42,406 nucleotides of DNA, taken from positions 1 to 42,406 of the IMG/VR virus record IMGVR_UViG_3300030372_002592; one strand, 5' to 3'. The notes below the pieces were generated by a model. That model saw only the letters and a program-made list of their open reading frames with translations, was not told the DNA's origin and made no database searches. Position 1 is the stretch's first letter, and each line of letters starts with the position of its first letter. This stretch comes from a virus (taxonomy: Duplodnaviria > Caudoviricetes). The position numbers and the translations under genes were made by a program. Positions 18,887-27,260 of the stretch are shown in pieces.

Positions 18887-19314
18887 TGGGATTAGACCAA
18901 TACGCACATTTAAGAGGCAAAGAATATGATTTTGACAAGTACAACAACGACAAGAGTGGTACTGACAATAATCAATTCTACTGGAGAAAACATGCAAGAC
19001 TTCAGCACTTTATGTCAGATGAACATAGACTTCAGAATAAGGATTATAACCCTACACATCCTTTAGGACACTTAGGTTTTAATTCTGATGCTGATACACC
19101 TTATGTTCTGATTACGAGTGTTGTTCTTGATAAACTAGAAAAAGCTATTGAAGAAAAGTATTACAGATACTTTGCTCCTGATGGCTATTTTTGGGGACAG
19201 CAATTCCAAGAAGAACAAATGAAAGCATATAGAGAGCAAGACTTGGAATTTATTAAATGGGCAAAAGAACAGATAAAAAATGGAAAGGAGGTTGTATATG
19301 AGTGCTCTTGGTAG
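18886..19314 (+). CDS. Conserved phage hypothetical protein (MGLD...YWRK...W type)
   Basis: MGLDQY, YWRKH..L..FM, GYFWG, VVYECSW motifs recur in phage early genes. Confidence 0.8.
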   Translation: MGLDQYAHLRGKEYDFDKYNNDKSGTDNNQFYWRKHARLQHFMSDEHRLQNKDYNPTHPLGHLGFNSDADTPYVLITSVVLDKLEKAIEEKYYRYFAPDGYFWGQQFQEEQMKAYREQDLEFIKWAKEQIKNGKEVVYECSW

Positions 19315-19660
19315 TCCGATACCAAAAGAAAGAAGTGTTCAGATAGCAGACACTATCAGAAAACAGATACCAGCAATATGTCTAATGAGTATGGGTGCCA
19401 ATAAATTTAATTGGATAAAAAACTCACAGAAATATGAAGGTGGTCTTTCTTTTGAATTTCAGAATACTAGCTTAGTCAAGAAAGGCAGAATACACATTCA
19501 GCTTACATGGGCTGATGATTATACTGTCGTACTGGTTGGTATTGATTACAAAAAAGAAAAGATATTTAAAGTTATCAAAGGTGTTTATTTTCCTGAGTTA
19601 GGACAAACACTAGATAAATTAGTGGAATCTGAGCAAACTTTGAAAGCTTGGAAACACTAA
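19298..19660 (+). CDS. Conserved phage hypothetical protein
   Basis: GGAGG RBS before ATG 19298; A.TI..Q...MGA...L...D.Y.V...GVY...L. Confidence 0.75.
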   Translation: MSALGSPIPKERSVQIADTIRKQIPAICLMSMGANKFNWIKNSQKYEGGLSFEFQNTSLVKKGRIHIQLTWADDYTVVLVGIDYKKEKIFKVIKGVYFPELGQTLDKLVESEQTLKAWKH

Positions 19661-20493
19661 GCCTCCTGACCCTCATCATTTTGTTGTGCAGATGGTGAGG
19701 GTTCTTGAAGTTCTTTCTTACACATATCTAACATTTTTTCAGCAGGTTTCTTACCAAGAACACTTCTGATTACTCCTGCTTCTGCCCCACTAAAAACTAA
19801 AGAAATACGATACATGTCTGAATCAGTTCTAGCCATTTGACGTTCTTCTTCTGTCTTTGCTTCCTGTAATTTTCTTTCAAGATTACGTTGTTGTTCAAGA
19901 GCATCAACAGATAATGATTTCATCATTGTACCTCCTGATACTTTGTGTTCTGTAGCTTCAACACTATCTTGTTCTGTATCTGCATCTGTTGGTGTCCATG
20001 CAGTAGAAAACTCTTCATTCTTAAGACTTTCAGGAGCAGGTATATCTTCTAGCAACCTATTTACTTCTACATCAGATAACATCAATGTATCTTGCGCCCA
20101 GTCCAATGCTCCTAGCTTTTCTAAATCTCTCATTACTTGAGCAGTCAATTGTATATCTTCTGAACCTCTAGCCCTGTTATGTCTTAATGTAGATACACGT
20201 CTTTGCTCATCTGTCATTTCTACAAATACAACAGGAATTTTATCCATGTTTAATGCTTGTGATGCTCTCCATCTGTGTTCGCCATCAACTATTTCTTTTG
20301 TTGATTTCTGCACAATTACTGGCTGAGTAAATCCATCTTCTTTCATTGACTTGAGTAATAACTCAAAATCTCTATCTGACTGTCTGTTTGGATTATATGA
20401 ATTAGGTTTTATATCTTTTGGTGATACATACGTGATATTTAAAGTTTCTAGTGTTTTATATTGCTTAGCGACATTTGTTTTAACTTCAGACAT
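19657..20493 (-). CDS. ibrB: IbrB-like ParB/Sulfiredoxin N-terminal domain protein
   Basis: PNSYNPN...LL..S...DGFTQP.IV...EIVDGEHRW...STLRHNRARG. Confidence 0.85.
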   Translation of the reverse strand: MSEVKTNVAKQYKTLETLNITYVSPKDIKPNSYNPNRQSDRDFELLLKSMKEDGFTQPVIVQKSTKEIVDGEHRWRASQALNMDKIPVVFVEMTDEQRRVSTLRHNRARGSEDIQLTAQVMRDLEKLGALDWAQDTLMLSDVEVNRLLEDIPAPESLKNEEFSTAWTPTDADTEQDSVEATEHKVSGGTMMKSLSVDALEQQRNLERKLQEAKTEEERQMARTDSDMYRISLVFSGAEAGVIRSVLGKKPAEKMLDMCKKELQEPSPSAQQNDEGQEA

Positions 20494-21184
20494 AATATTT
20501 ATAATACTCCTTTGATAAAGCTGATGGACTTTTTAAAAATTCCTTATCAGACCAGTTATAATCTAAATAATTTTTATTTTCAACAAACCATCTAGCTTTT
20601 CTATTTTTATTGTTATTGCCAACAATAGATGAATCTGCACCTGCATGATTAACTAAAGATGGCATTGGACACATTGCAGGTATCTTTTGATCAACTAAAA
20701 ACATGGCAAGTCTAGAATCATCCCATTTAAAATTAGGAAGTATATGATTTCTCTCCCATTTCAAAAACTTTGCAATCATAGATTGTGGCAATACGATGGC
20801 TTGACCCCATGTTCCATCAGGTATTTGACACCATCTTTTATCTTGATTTTTAGCTTCTTCACATATTTTTCTATTTGCATACAACCCAAGAGGGTGTTCA
20901 GGATATGTTTCAATACATTTCTTGACAGTCTGCACAAATTGTTCACAAAGTTCTACATCATCTTGAATAACTAAATGATGTGTAGATTTTGTTGATAACC
21001 CCCACATCCAGCATTGTCTTGCATTATACCAAACTCCCTTTTGATACCAATCTGCAAATATCTTGAAATCTTCAACCTCTTGTTGTATAGTACGCACCGA
21101 AATTTTATTTATCATGTATTCTACATGGTGTCGTCTTCCAATAAAAGCAGGAGTGTGCATTATGGCAATACTAAGACGTATCAT
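20486..21184 (-). CDS. Putative GT-A fold glycosyltransferase
   Basis: IAIMH.P...R, HHLVIQDDV.LC..F acidic motif, WGQA, PSLVNH....SIVG. Confidence 0.7.
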   Translation of the reverse strand: MIRLSIAIMHTPAFIGRRHHVEYMINKISVRTIQQEVEDFKIFADWYQKGVWYNARQCWMWGLSTKSTHHLVIQDDVELCEQFVQTVKKCIETYPEHPLGLYANRKICEEAKNQDKRWCQIPDGTWGQAIVLPQSMIAKFLKWERNHILPNFKWDDSRLAMFLVDQKIPAMCPMPSLVNHAGADSSIVGNNNKNRKARWFVENKNYLDYNWSDKEFLKSPSALSKEYYKYYV

Positions 21185-21471
21185 TTTTTTGCCTTATTTA
21201 TCAATAATTGTTTAGGTCTATTTATTTGAGTTATCCAATATTTGTAATCACCTGAATAATAATATCGGTAAGTTCTATTGCCATATTTTTCATCTTTACC
21301 ATAATATTCAATGACTTGCAGACAGAACTCCCACATAAAATAATCTTTACATTCTAATCTTTTTGACCACCAATGAGGTGCAGTTTTTTCATATGACTTA
21401 GCCCACTTCCAATTTAGTTTATCAAAGCATCTACCGATACCTGTGGTCACCATGTTGGTTTTCCACCCCAA
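21181..21471 (-). CDS. Conserved aromatic-rich hypothetical protein
   Basis: WKWAKSY...PHWW...Y.Y...YKYW...LINKA; overlaps both neighbours. Confidence 0.7.
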   Translation of the reverse strand: MGWKTNMVTTGIGRCFDKLNWKWAKSYEKTAPHWWSKRLECKDYFMWEFCLQVIEYYGKDEKYGNRTYRYYYSGDYKYWITQINRPKQLLINKAKK

Positions 21472-22580
21472 GTCCCTGCACCTTTTCTAAAAAATTCAGG
21501 TTCTATGTTAGGAAGTAAACCATCTGTCTTCAAAGAAAAAGGGTCACCATTCCAAAGAGCATGAGCAAGATTCCTCCATGAACCTAATGTTCTTGACGTT
21601 CTTTCTGCTATCTTCTCAGGAAATGGATTGCTTGATACATTTGAATGTCTTTTTAGTAAACTATCTCTGACAATAATTGCTCTTTCTTTTATCCAATCAG
21701 GAGCATCATCAATACACTCTCTATGAAAACAATCTCTCCATGTTTCACCTAATTTTCTTGTAGGTGTGACTGCATGTTTTCCAAATTGTGCTGCAGTTTT
21801 GACACCAGGCAGACGTACACAAACTTGATCAAACCATTTAGGAAAAGCTTTTGCACCAAGTTCTAAATCTTTTATTCCTGCTTGGCTCATTGTTGGTGGT
21901 GCTATTCTCATTTTTGCTCTACTTCTCCCCATACGATGCATGTCATCATAAGCTGAACAATAATCCCAACCATAATCAAACATAGCTTTCCAAACATCTC
22001 CAGTAGTCCAATCATATATTGGTCTTGCACTAGCATATCCTTTATTGGGTTTCGTGACAAAATTTTTAGAAGAAAACAAACCCATACGTCTATTTGGACT
22101 TTCTTCTACTCTTAATCCTGTGACTGCATAAGTAATCTTACCATCATCTGTAGGAAATCTATCTTTTGTAATTAATGCTCCAATATGTTTTTCAGGAATA
22201 GACTCTGCATAAGATGGTGGTGTTCTTACCCATTGTTCTTTTGGTAAGGATGGGTCCATAACCCAAAAATAAGGACTTTCACGATTAAAGATGTTTATGA
22301 TAGGTTGATGTGCTACAAGCCAATGAAAGCTTACCTCAGGACGTTTAGCGACCCTTTCACAATACTCAAAGGTTCCAGGAAACATTATTTCCTCATCACG
22401 CATAACTACATCTACTGGCAGATTACCAGTTTTTTTTGCAGCAAGTATACAAAGTTCAAGACATATCGTACTATCTTTTCCTCCACTAAAAGAAACAACT
22501 ACTTTGTGTCCTGCATTGTATAAACTTTCTATTCTTTGAACTGCAGCACTAAAAACATTTAGATTGAGATATTTCTTCAC
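21447..22580 (-). CDS. ibrA: IbrA-like PAPS-reductase-family (PP-loop) protein
   Basis: NV..AA..RI, VSFSGGKDS, WVR.PP, GLR.EES.NR, PIYDW...DVW, MRI.PP, R.PGV. Confidence 0.88.
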   Translation of the reverse strand: MKKYLNLNVFSAAVQRIESLYNAGHKVVVSFSGGKDSTICLELCILAAKKTGNLPVDVVMRDEEIMFPGTFEYCERVAKRPEVSFHWLVAHQPIINIFNRESPYFWVMDPSLPKEQWVRTPPSYAESIPEKHIGALITKDRFPTDDGKITYAVTGLRVEESPNRRMGLFSSKNFVTKPNKGYASARPIYDWTTGDVWKAMFDYGWDYCSAYDDMHRMGRSRAKMRIAPPTMSQAGIKDLELGAKAFPKWFDQVCVRLPGVKTAAQFGKHAVTPTRKLGETWRDCFHRECIDDAPDWIKERAIIVRDSLLKRHSNVSSNPFPEKIAERTSRTLGSWRNLAHALWNGDPFSLKTDGLLPNIEPEFFRKGAGTWGGKPTW

Positions 22581-22693
22581 CAGCTAAACCTCATGTATTC
22601 TAAAATCTCAATGACCATGATTATTCCTAATTCAACTGCAAGTATTGTATGATATAGATGCCACACCAAACCTCTTGTTTTTAATTTTTTCAT
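22577..22693 (-). CDS. Small membrane protein (38 aa, MKKLKTRGLVWHLYHTILAVELGII...)
   Basis: ATGA and GTGA overlaps with both neighbours. Confidence 0.65.
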   Translation of the reverse strand: MKKLKTRGLVWHLYHTILAVELGIIMVIEILEYMRFSW

Positions 22694-23397
22694 TTTTTTT
22701 CTGCAACTACAATAATATATGCACCGAGATTTGGAAAGTGTTTTGATAAATATTTATCTATTGGTGTAAGTGCATTACAGATTATTTTGCTGTCATGATA
22801 TTTTTTTGAAAGAATATCTAACAATATTGGAAAACCATATATGTTTTTCACATCAAATCCATTTAATAACTTTCTTATAATTTTATCTGTATATAACAAT
22901 TGTGTAGAAATTACACCCTCAGAAAAAGAAACCTGAGATTGAAAATATGCCCACTTTGGTGTTAAAGGCATTATAATAAATTTACCTCCTGATACTAAAG
23001 ATTTATAAGAATTATGAATTACTCTTTCAGGTTGTAAACAATATGAAAAAGAACCAAATAAAGATATAATAGAATCATATCCAGTTTCATACACTTTTGG
23101 ATTTGCCATATCACCAACAGAAAATTTAGCCATTGGATATTTATATTCTGCAACATCAATCATTTCTTTTGAAATATCAATACCTTTAAATTTAAAAAAA
23201 GAATCAGGGAACCAATCAAGATAGTTTCCTGTGCCACATCCTAAGTCAAGAACATTACCATCAGGAACATTATTGTTCTTTAGAATTGTTCTAATGTACT
23301 CATTTTCTATCTCACATTTAACTGATGAGTAAATATTATCGTAATTTTTTGCTATCTTAGAATATGCTTGTTTTGGTTTAAGTATTCCCATAACCAT
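22690..23397 (-). CDS. Class I SAM-dependent methyltransferase
   Basis: Y..IA..YD, VLDLGCGTG, GIDIS..MI..A, GDM, L..GGKF. Confidence 0.92.
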   Translation of the reverse strand: MVMGILKPKQAYSKIAKNYDNIYSSVKCEIENEYIRTILKNNNVPDGNVLDLGCGTGNYLDWFPDSFFKFKGIDISKEMIDVAEYKYPMAKFSVGDMANPKVYETGYDSIISLFGSFSYCLQPERVIHNSYKSLVSGGKFIIMPLTPKWAYFQSQVSFSEGVISTQLLYTDKIIRKLLNGFDVKNIYGFPILLDILSKKYHDSKIICNALTPIDKYLSKHFPNLGAYIIVVAEKK

Positions 23398-23845
23398 ACA
23401 GATTGGCTAAATCTGATAAAACCTCCCTTAATCTTTCACCCATATATCTTTCTTTTATATTTAATTTTTTTCTTGTGTTTATCAAAGAAAAGTCCTGACC
23501 ACAAATAAGAATAGCAATTTTATATCCTTGTTCACCCAAGAGATCTCTAGCTGAATGTAAGTTTTGCATAGCACTAGCAACACTATTTGGTATTGAGTAT
23601 ACTTGATTAGACCTATCAAAATAACCTCTTTGTAAATCAGTAGATTTAAATCCACCAATAGATGCTTTTTCAAAATATTGTCTAAATCTGATACCTGCTT
23701 TGTGCTGACTTTCTTTGATTAAATTTTTGTGCAACATAAAATCCAAACCACATTCTTTTATATTAATGAAGACTCTGCTCTTGACTACCTTATTTGATAC
23801 TGGATGTATTTCTTTTATTTCCTTTTGTACTATTAGCTTTTTCAT
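23378..23845 (-). CDS. Putative late transcriptional regulator (DUF6456/Q-like)
   Basis: I...Q..AG.RFR..FE.A...C-terminal HTH and LRE.L..LA..YG; follows replication gene. Confidence 0.55.
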   Translation of the reverse strand: MKKLIVQKEIKEIHPVSNKVVKSRVFINIKECGLDFMLHKNLIKESQHKAGIRFRQYFEKASIGGFKSTDLQRGYFDRSNQVYSIPNSVASAMQNLHSARDLLGEQGYKIAILICGQDFSLINTRKKLNIKERYMGERLREVLSDLANLYGYGNT

Positions 23846-23848
23846 ACA

Positions 23849-24418
23849 TCATCTATTTATTTTACGTCCTCTCTGATAAACTACTGCTGTCTGCATCTTT
23901 TTTAAAAACTCTTCCCATTCTACTGGGTCTGTTAATTTATTCATTAAGGCATGTCTTTTATCTCTTTCCATTTCTGCGATAAATTTCCACGCATATTTTT
24001 CTAATCTTTGTCTATTGGTTAATTTATTATTTTGATTAACTTTACTCTTATAAAATATATTTGTTCTCTTTGTAATTTGTTTTATTTCCTGACTTATAAT
24101 TTCTGTTTTTACATATTTAACCTTATCCACCTTATCCATAGTATTTTTTGCTATAGTATTATTTAATAAATTATTAGTATTTACTTCTTGGCAAGATTTG
24201 CCATTCAAATGTAATTTATAGATGTTAGTTTTATTTTCTCTTTGTGTCCAAGTAATAACATTCTTATTTCTTAAACTAGCAAGACAACTCTGAACACACC
24301 TTTTGGATAGTTTAGTTTTCATAGCAATGTACTGTATTGAAAAGTACATCTCTTTCATAAAGTTATTGAACTTAATGAAAAAACATAGAACTTTTAAATC
24401 ATTTCCTGAAATATCCAT
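23849..24418 (-). CDS. Putative replication initiator (N-terminal winged HTH)
   Basis: IS...LKV...YFS..YIA..T.LS.R.V...L..L.....I.W..R....N.Y.L. Confidence 0.65.
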   Translation of the reverse strand: MDISGNDLKVLCFFIKFNNFMKEMYFSIQYIAMKTKLSKRCVQSCLASLRNKNVITWTQRENKTNIYKLHLNGKSCQEVNTNNLLNNTIAKNTMDKVDKVKYVKTEIISQEIKQITKRTNIFYKSKVNQNNKLTNRQRLEKYAWKFIAEMERDKRHALMNKLTDPVEWEEFLKKMQTAVVYQRGRKINR

Positions 24419-24474
24419 ATCAAAGATAAACCTCTCAGGAAGTATTATATATCTTTTTTTCTCTTTAATAAAGT

Positions 24475-24753
24475 CTACCTATCGTTTGGGTAGTATGTTT
24501 TACCTACATTATTAAAGATGTTCAATGAATCTCTTCCATATTTATCAGGAAATTCAAAATCCATTGATGAACTATAAGCAACAACGTCAGCTAATTGGCT
24601 CACTTTATCAAACAAACTTGTTGCTGCACTTCTAACATCACCTTTAATTGGAAATGAAACCATGTTATCAGTTGCATCATCAAAATAGTAGAATGCATCC
24701 CTATCTTCATCATACCCAATAACTTCCATTTTTTCTTGGTTAAGTGTTTTCAT
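24475..24753 (-). CDS. Acidic hypothetical protein
   Basis: AAGGAG RBS; own promoter. Confidence 0.75.
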   Translation of the reverse strand: MKTLNQEKMEVIGYDEDRDAFYYFDDATDNMVSFPIKGDVRSAATSLFDKVSQLADVVAYSSSMDFEFPDKYGRDSLNIFNNVGKTYYPNDR

Positions 24754-24758
24754 AAATG

Positions 24759-24803
24759 CTCCTTTGTTATCTATTAATATAGTTATTTCTTTGGAATAGT
24801 CAA
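24759..24803 (-). promoter_or_regulatory. Leftward sigma70-like promoter plus conserved leader
   Basis: TTGACT-16-TATATT then GATAACAAAGGAG on minus strand. Confidence 0.6.
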
Positions 24804-24836
24804 TAATAATTATTATTTATTTTTATTATTTTTTAT

Positions 24837-24888
24837 TTGACATATATGTAGAATAGTTTACAAATATGGATAACAAAAACAATGGAGG
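24837..24888 (+). promoter_or_regulatory. Rightward sigma70-like promoter plus conserved leader (divergent pair)
   Basis: TTGACA-16-TACAAA(T); GATAACAAAAACAATGGAGG. Confidence 0.6.
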
Positions 24889-24893
24889 ACAAA

Positions 24894-25343
24894 ATGGAAA
24901 CATTAAAAGCAACAAAGATAAAGTGGCAGGGTAGTATCTTAAATAGAATAGATGAGCATAGATGCTACAAGAAAGAAAATGAACCTAAGGTTGGAATGGG
25001 GGCTACAGAATATATGTGGACTGATAGACACCCATATTCAGTTATACAGGTTGATAAAAAGTGGAAAGGTAAAAACTTTGATATTGTTGTTATCCAAAGA
25101 GATGATGCAAAAAGAGTAGATAACAATGGTATGAGTGAATCTCAAACTTATGAGTACACACCTAACAAAGATGGTAAAAAGATATATCTTAAGGGTTTAG
25201 AATTTATGCACCCTGATGGTATTCCTGTAAAAGTTTATCATGAAGTAAGGTGGAATGAACAAACAAATCGTTGGAATAAATGTTTATATGGAACAAAAGT
25301 TGGTTTTGGTCATAGACAACATTATCACGATTTTAGCTTTTAG
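24894..25343 (+). CDS. Conserved phage hypothetical protein
   Basis: P.VGMGAT...WTDRHP...Y.D.SF pattern; GGAGG RBS. Confidence 0.8.
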   Translation: METLKATKIKWQGSILNRIDEHRCYKKENEPKVGMGATEYMWTDRHPYSVIQVDKKWKGKNFDIVVIQRDDAKRVDNNGMSESQTYEYTPNKDGKKIYLKGLEFMHPDGIPVKVYHEVRWNEQTNRWNKCLYGTKVGFGHRQHYHDFSF

Positions 25344-25351
25344 GAGGATAT

Positions 25352-25663
25352 ATGGGATATAGTTCAAAACGATTAGAGTTATATGATAATGATATTGGTA
25401 AAAAAGTTTTTACCATAAAAGAAGAAAAAACAATTGTCATTGAATATCAAATCAAAGCAAAAGATGAAGATGAAGCATTCGATAAATGGTTAGATGCTCC
25501 AAAAGATGAAACAATGGAAGACCACAAAGTAAGGGATAATAGTGATGACGTTGTTTGTACTTATGCAAAAGAATATAGTGACCTAAAAGAAGGTACGAGA
25601 GAATTAGGTACTATAAAAAGAGAAGACCCCGATGATGAAGAAAGTGATTTGGAGGTAGCTTGA
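25352..25663 (+). CDS. Acidic hypothetical protein
   Basis: AGGAGG RBS; I.AKDEDEA motif resembling 18033-18191. Confidence 0.75.
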   Translation: MGYSSKRLELYDNDIGKKVFTIKEEKTIVIEYQIKAKDEDEAFDKWLDAPKDETMEDHKVRDNSDDVVCTYAKEYSDLKEGTRELGTIKREDPDDEESDLEVA

Positions 25664-25857
25664 AAGATTTTGTTATTGTGAAAATTAAAAAGAAAACAAT
25701 ATCAAAAGCATATAACCAATTTAGATTGCTTAAAATTATTGGCTCATCTGTAGTACAAAAAGGTGAGCCATATAATCAATTGATTAATGAAATCAAGTCA
25801 AGTGTTATAAAAAAACAGTCTATTTGGTCAAAAATTAAAAATTTCTTGACATTTTAA
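25660..25857 (+). CDS. Hypothetical basic protein
   Basis: GGAGG RBS, TTG start overlapping upstream TGA. Confidence 0.6.
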   Translation: MKDFVIVKIKKKTISKAYNQFRLLKIIGSSVVQKGEPYNQLINEIKSSVIKKQSIWSKIKNFLTF

Positions 25858-25875
25858 AAAGTATTTTGTTATTAT
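25846..25875 (+). promoter_or_regulatory. Extended -10 sigma70-like promoter in front of a non-coding structured region
   Basis: TTGACA-18-TATTAT with TGn extension. Confidence 0.6.
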
Positions 25876-25880
25876 AAATC

Positions 25881-26005
25881 TTGGTGTGGACAGTCCACCA
25901 AAATTCATAAATGTAATGCAGGTGTGAGGTATCAGTAATGATCTCAATAGGTTAGTCGGACATCCCTTGTCCAACTCCATTACCTATGTTAGCACCTGCA
26001 TACTT
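25881..26005 (+). ncRNA. Candidate structured small RNA (5' hairpin plus multi-stem domain)
   Basis: GC-rich relative to flanks; stems TTGGTG/CACCAA, ATGCAGGTG/CACCTGCAT, GAG..ATCA-GTAA-TGAT.CTC, ATAGGT/ACCTAT, GGACA/TGTCC. Confidence 0.6.
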
Positions 26006-26030
26006 TATCATGAATAATTAATTTTAATCA

Positions 26031-26083
26031 TTGACAATCATTTTTTTATTCGTAAAGGTAAAGATAACAGAAAACTAATGGAG
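26031..26083 (+). promoter_or_regulatory. Sigma70-like promoter plus conserved leader
   Basis: TTGACA at 26031; GATAACAGAAAACTAATGGAG. Confidence 0.55.
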
Positions 26084-26088
26084 AAAAG

Positions 26089-26583
26089 ATGAATATATTT
26101 CATTTAGATAATGACCCAAGAACTTGTGCAGAATATCATTGTGATAAACATGTTTGTAAGATGATAGTAGAAACAACTCAAATGTTATGTACTGCCTATC
26201 AAAGATACAATGGTCGTGATGAAAGACTTTACAAGATAGGATTTAAGAACCATCCTATGACCCTTTGGGTTGGAAATTCATTCAAACATTATGCTTGGAC
26301 TATACGATTATTATATTTTTTATTAGAAGAGTATAAAAAAAGATATGGTAAGATACATAAATCAAACAAAGAGTTTGAGATACTTACAAGTATTGATTAC
26401 TTTCCAAAAATGAGTTGTCTTATGCCTTGTCATTATGAGATACCACCTCTTTGTATGCCTGACAAATACAAAAACAATCATGATTATATAAAAGCATATC
26501 GTGATTATTATATTGGTGATAAAAGCTATTTTGCCAAATGGAAATTTACAGAAACACCAACATGGTATAGATATGCAGGGTAA
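26089..26583 (+). CDS. Pyrimidine-dimer DNA glycosylase / endonuclease V (T4 DenV-like family)
   Basis: MNIF.LD.DP..CA.YHCDKHV.KMI.E..QML.TA...NHP...W...EY..RYGK.H...CMPD.Y...AYR.YY. Confidence 0.8.
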   Translation: MNIFHLDNDPRTCAEYHCDKHVCKMIVETTQMLCTAYQRYNGRDERLYKIGFKNHPMTLWVGNSFKHYAWTIRLLYFLLEEYKKRYGKIHKSNKEFEILTSIDYFPKMSCLMPCHYEIPPLCMPDKYKNNHDYIKAYRDYYIGDKSYFAKWKFTETPTWYRYAG

Positions 26584-26968
26584 GTTTGATTTTGATGATA
26601 TAGGAAAAGCATTATTTGACATGGATAAATATCCACATAAAGCTGGTCATAGAGGTGTAAGAACATCAAAGCAATCTGCTGACGAAATAAATCCTAAGTT
26701 AAGTAGATTACAAAAGATGGTCTTGATTGAATTAGAAAAAGTATATCCTGATGGACTTAATACTTCTGAGTTAGCAAATAGAACTAATAAAAATTTATTG
26801 ACTATCAGACCAAGAACAACAGAACTTAAATTATTAGGTGCAATAATAGATACAGAAACCACTAGAAAAAACGATGGTGGTAAAGCTGAAATAGTATATA
26901 AACTGAGGTCTAAGGATATATTAAAGTTGATTGATTATTATGGCATCAAAGAATTTAATAAGAAGTAA
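26573..26968 (+). CDS. Winged-helix DNA-binding protein
   Basis: TS..SA...VL..L...GL...ELA......IRPR.TEL...G.I.D...R; start uncertain. Confidence 0.7.
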   Translation: MQGKFDFDDIGKALFDMDKYPHKAGHRGVRTSKQSADEINPKLSRLQKMVLIELEKVYPDGLNTSELANRTNKNLLTIRPRTTELKLLGAIIDTETTRKNDGGKAEIVYKLRSKDILKLIDYYGIKEFNKK

Positions 26969-27260
26969 AACTCACCTTAAATTTGTATCAGAACAACCCT
27001 GTATAATTTGCTCAAGACCTGACGTACAATCAGCACATATAAGATTTGCAGGTGCAGGTATTGGTATGAAACCATCTGACCATTATGTAGTTCCTTTATG
27101 TATTGACCATCACTCAGAACAGCATCGTATGAACGAACGTATGTTTTGGCATTTATACAAAAAAGACCCATTGGTATATGCTTTTTTCTTTTGTCTACAA
27201 TCACCTGATAAAAAGATAAAGAAATCAAGTTTTGATAAATTCAGGAACTTCTTTGAATGA
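26940..27260 (+). CDS. DUF968-like Zn-binding HNH-related protein
   Basis: HL.FV..QPCIIC...AHIR...G.G.KPSD...VPLC..HH.EQH. Confidence 0.8.
   Translation: MASKNLIRSKTHLKFVSEQPCIICSRPDVQSAHIRFAGAGIGMKPSDHYVVPLCIDHHSEQHRMNERMFWHLYKKDPLVYAFFFCLQSPDKKIKKSSFDKFRNFFE

Noticed and set aside
21447-22580. cysH-type auxiliary metabolic gene for sulfate reduction
   Set aside because: Lacks ECGLH and Fe-S Cys motifs; carries IbrA-type motifs and is paired with IbrB
25881-26005. tRNA or hammerhead ribozyme
   Set aside because: No cloverleaf or TTC T-loop; no CUGANGA/GAAA core found
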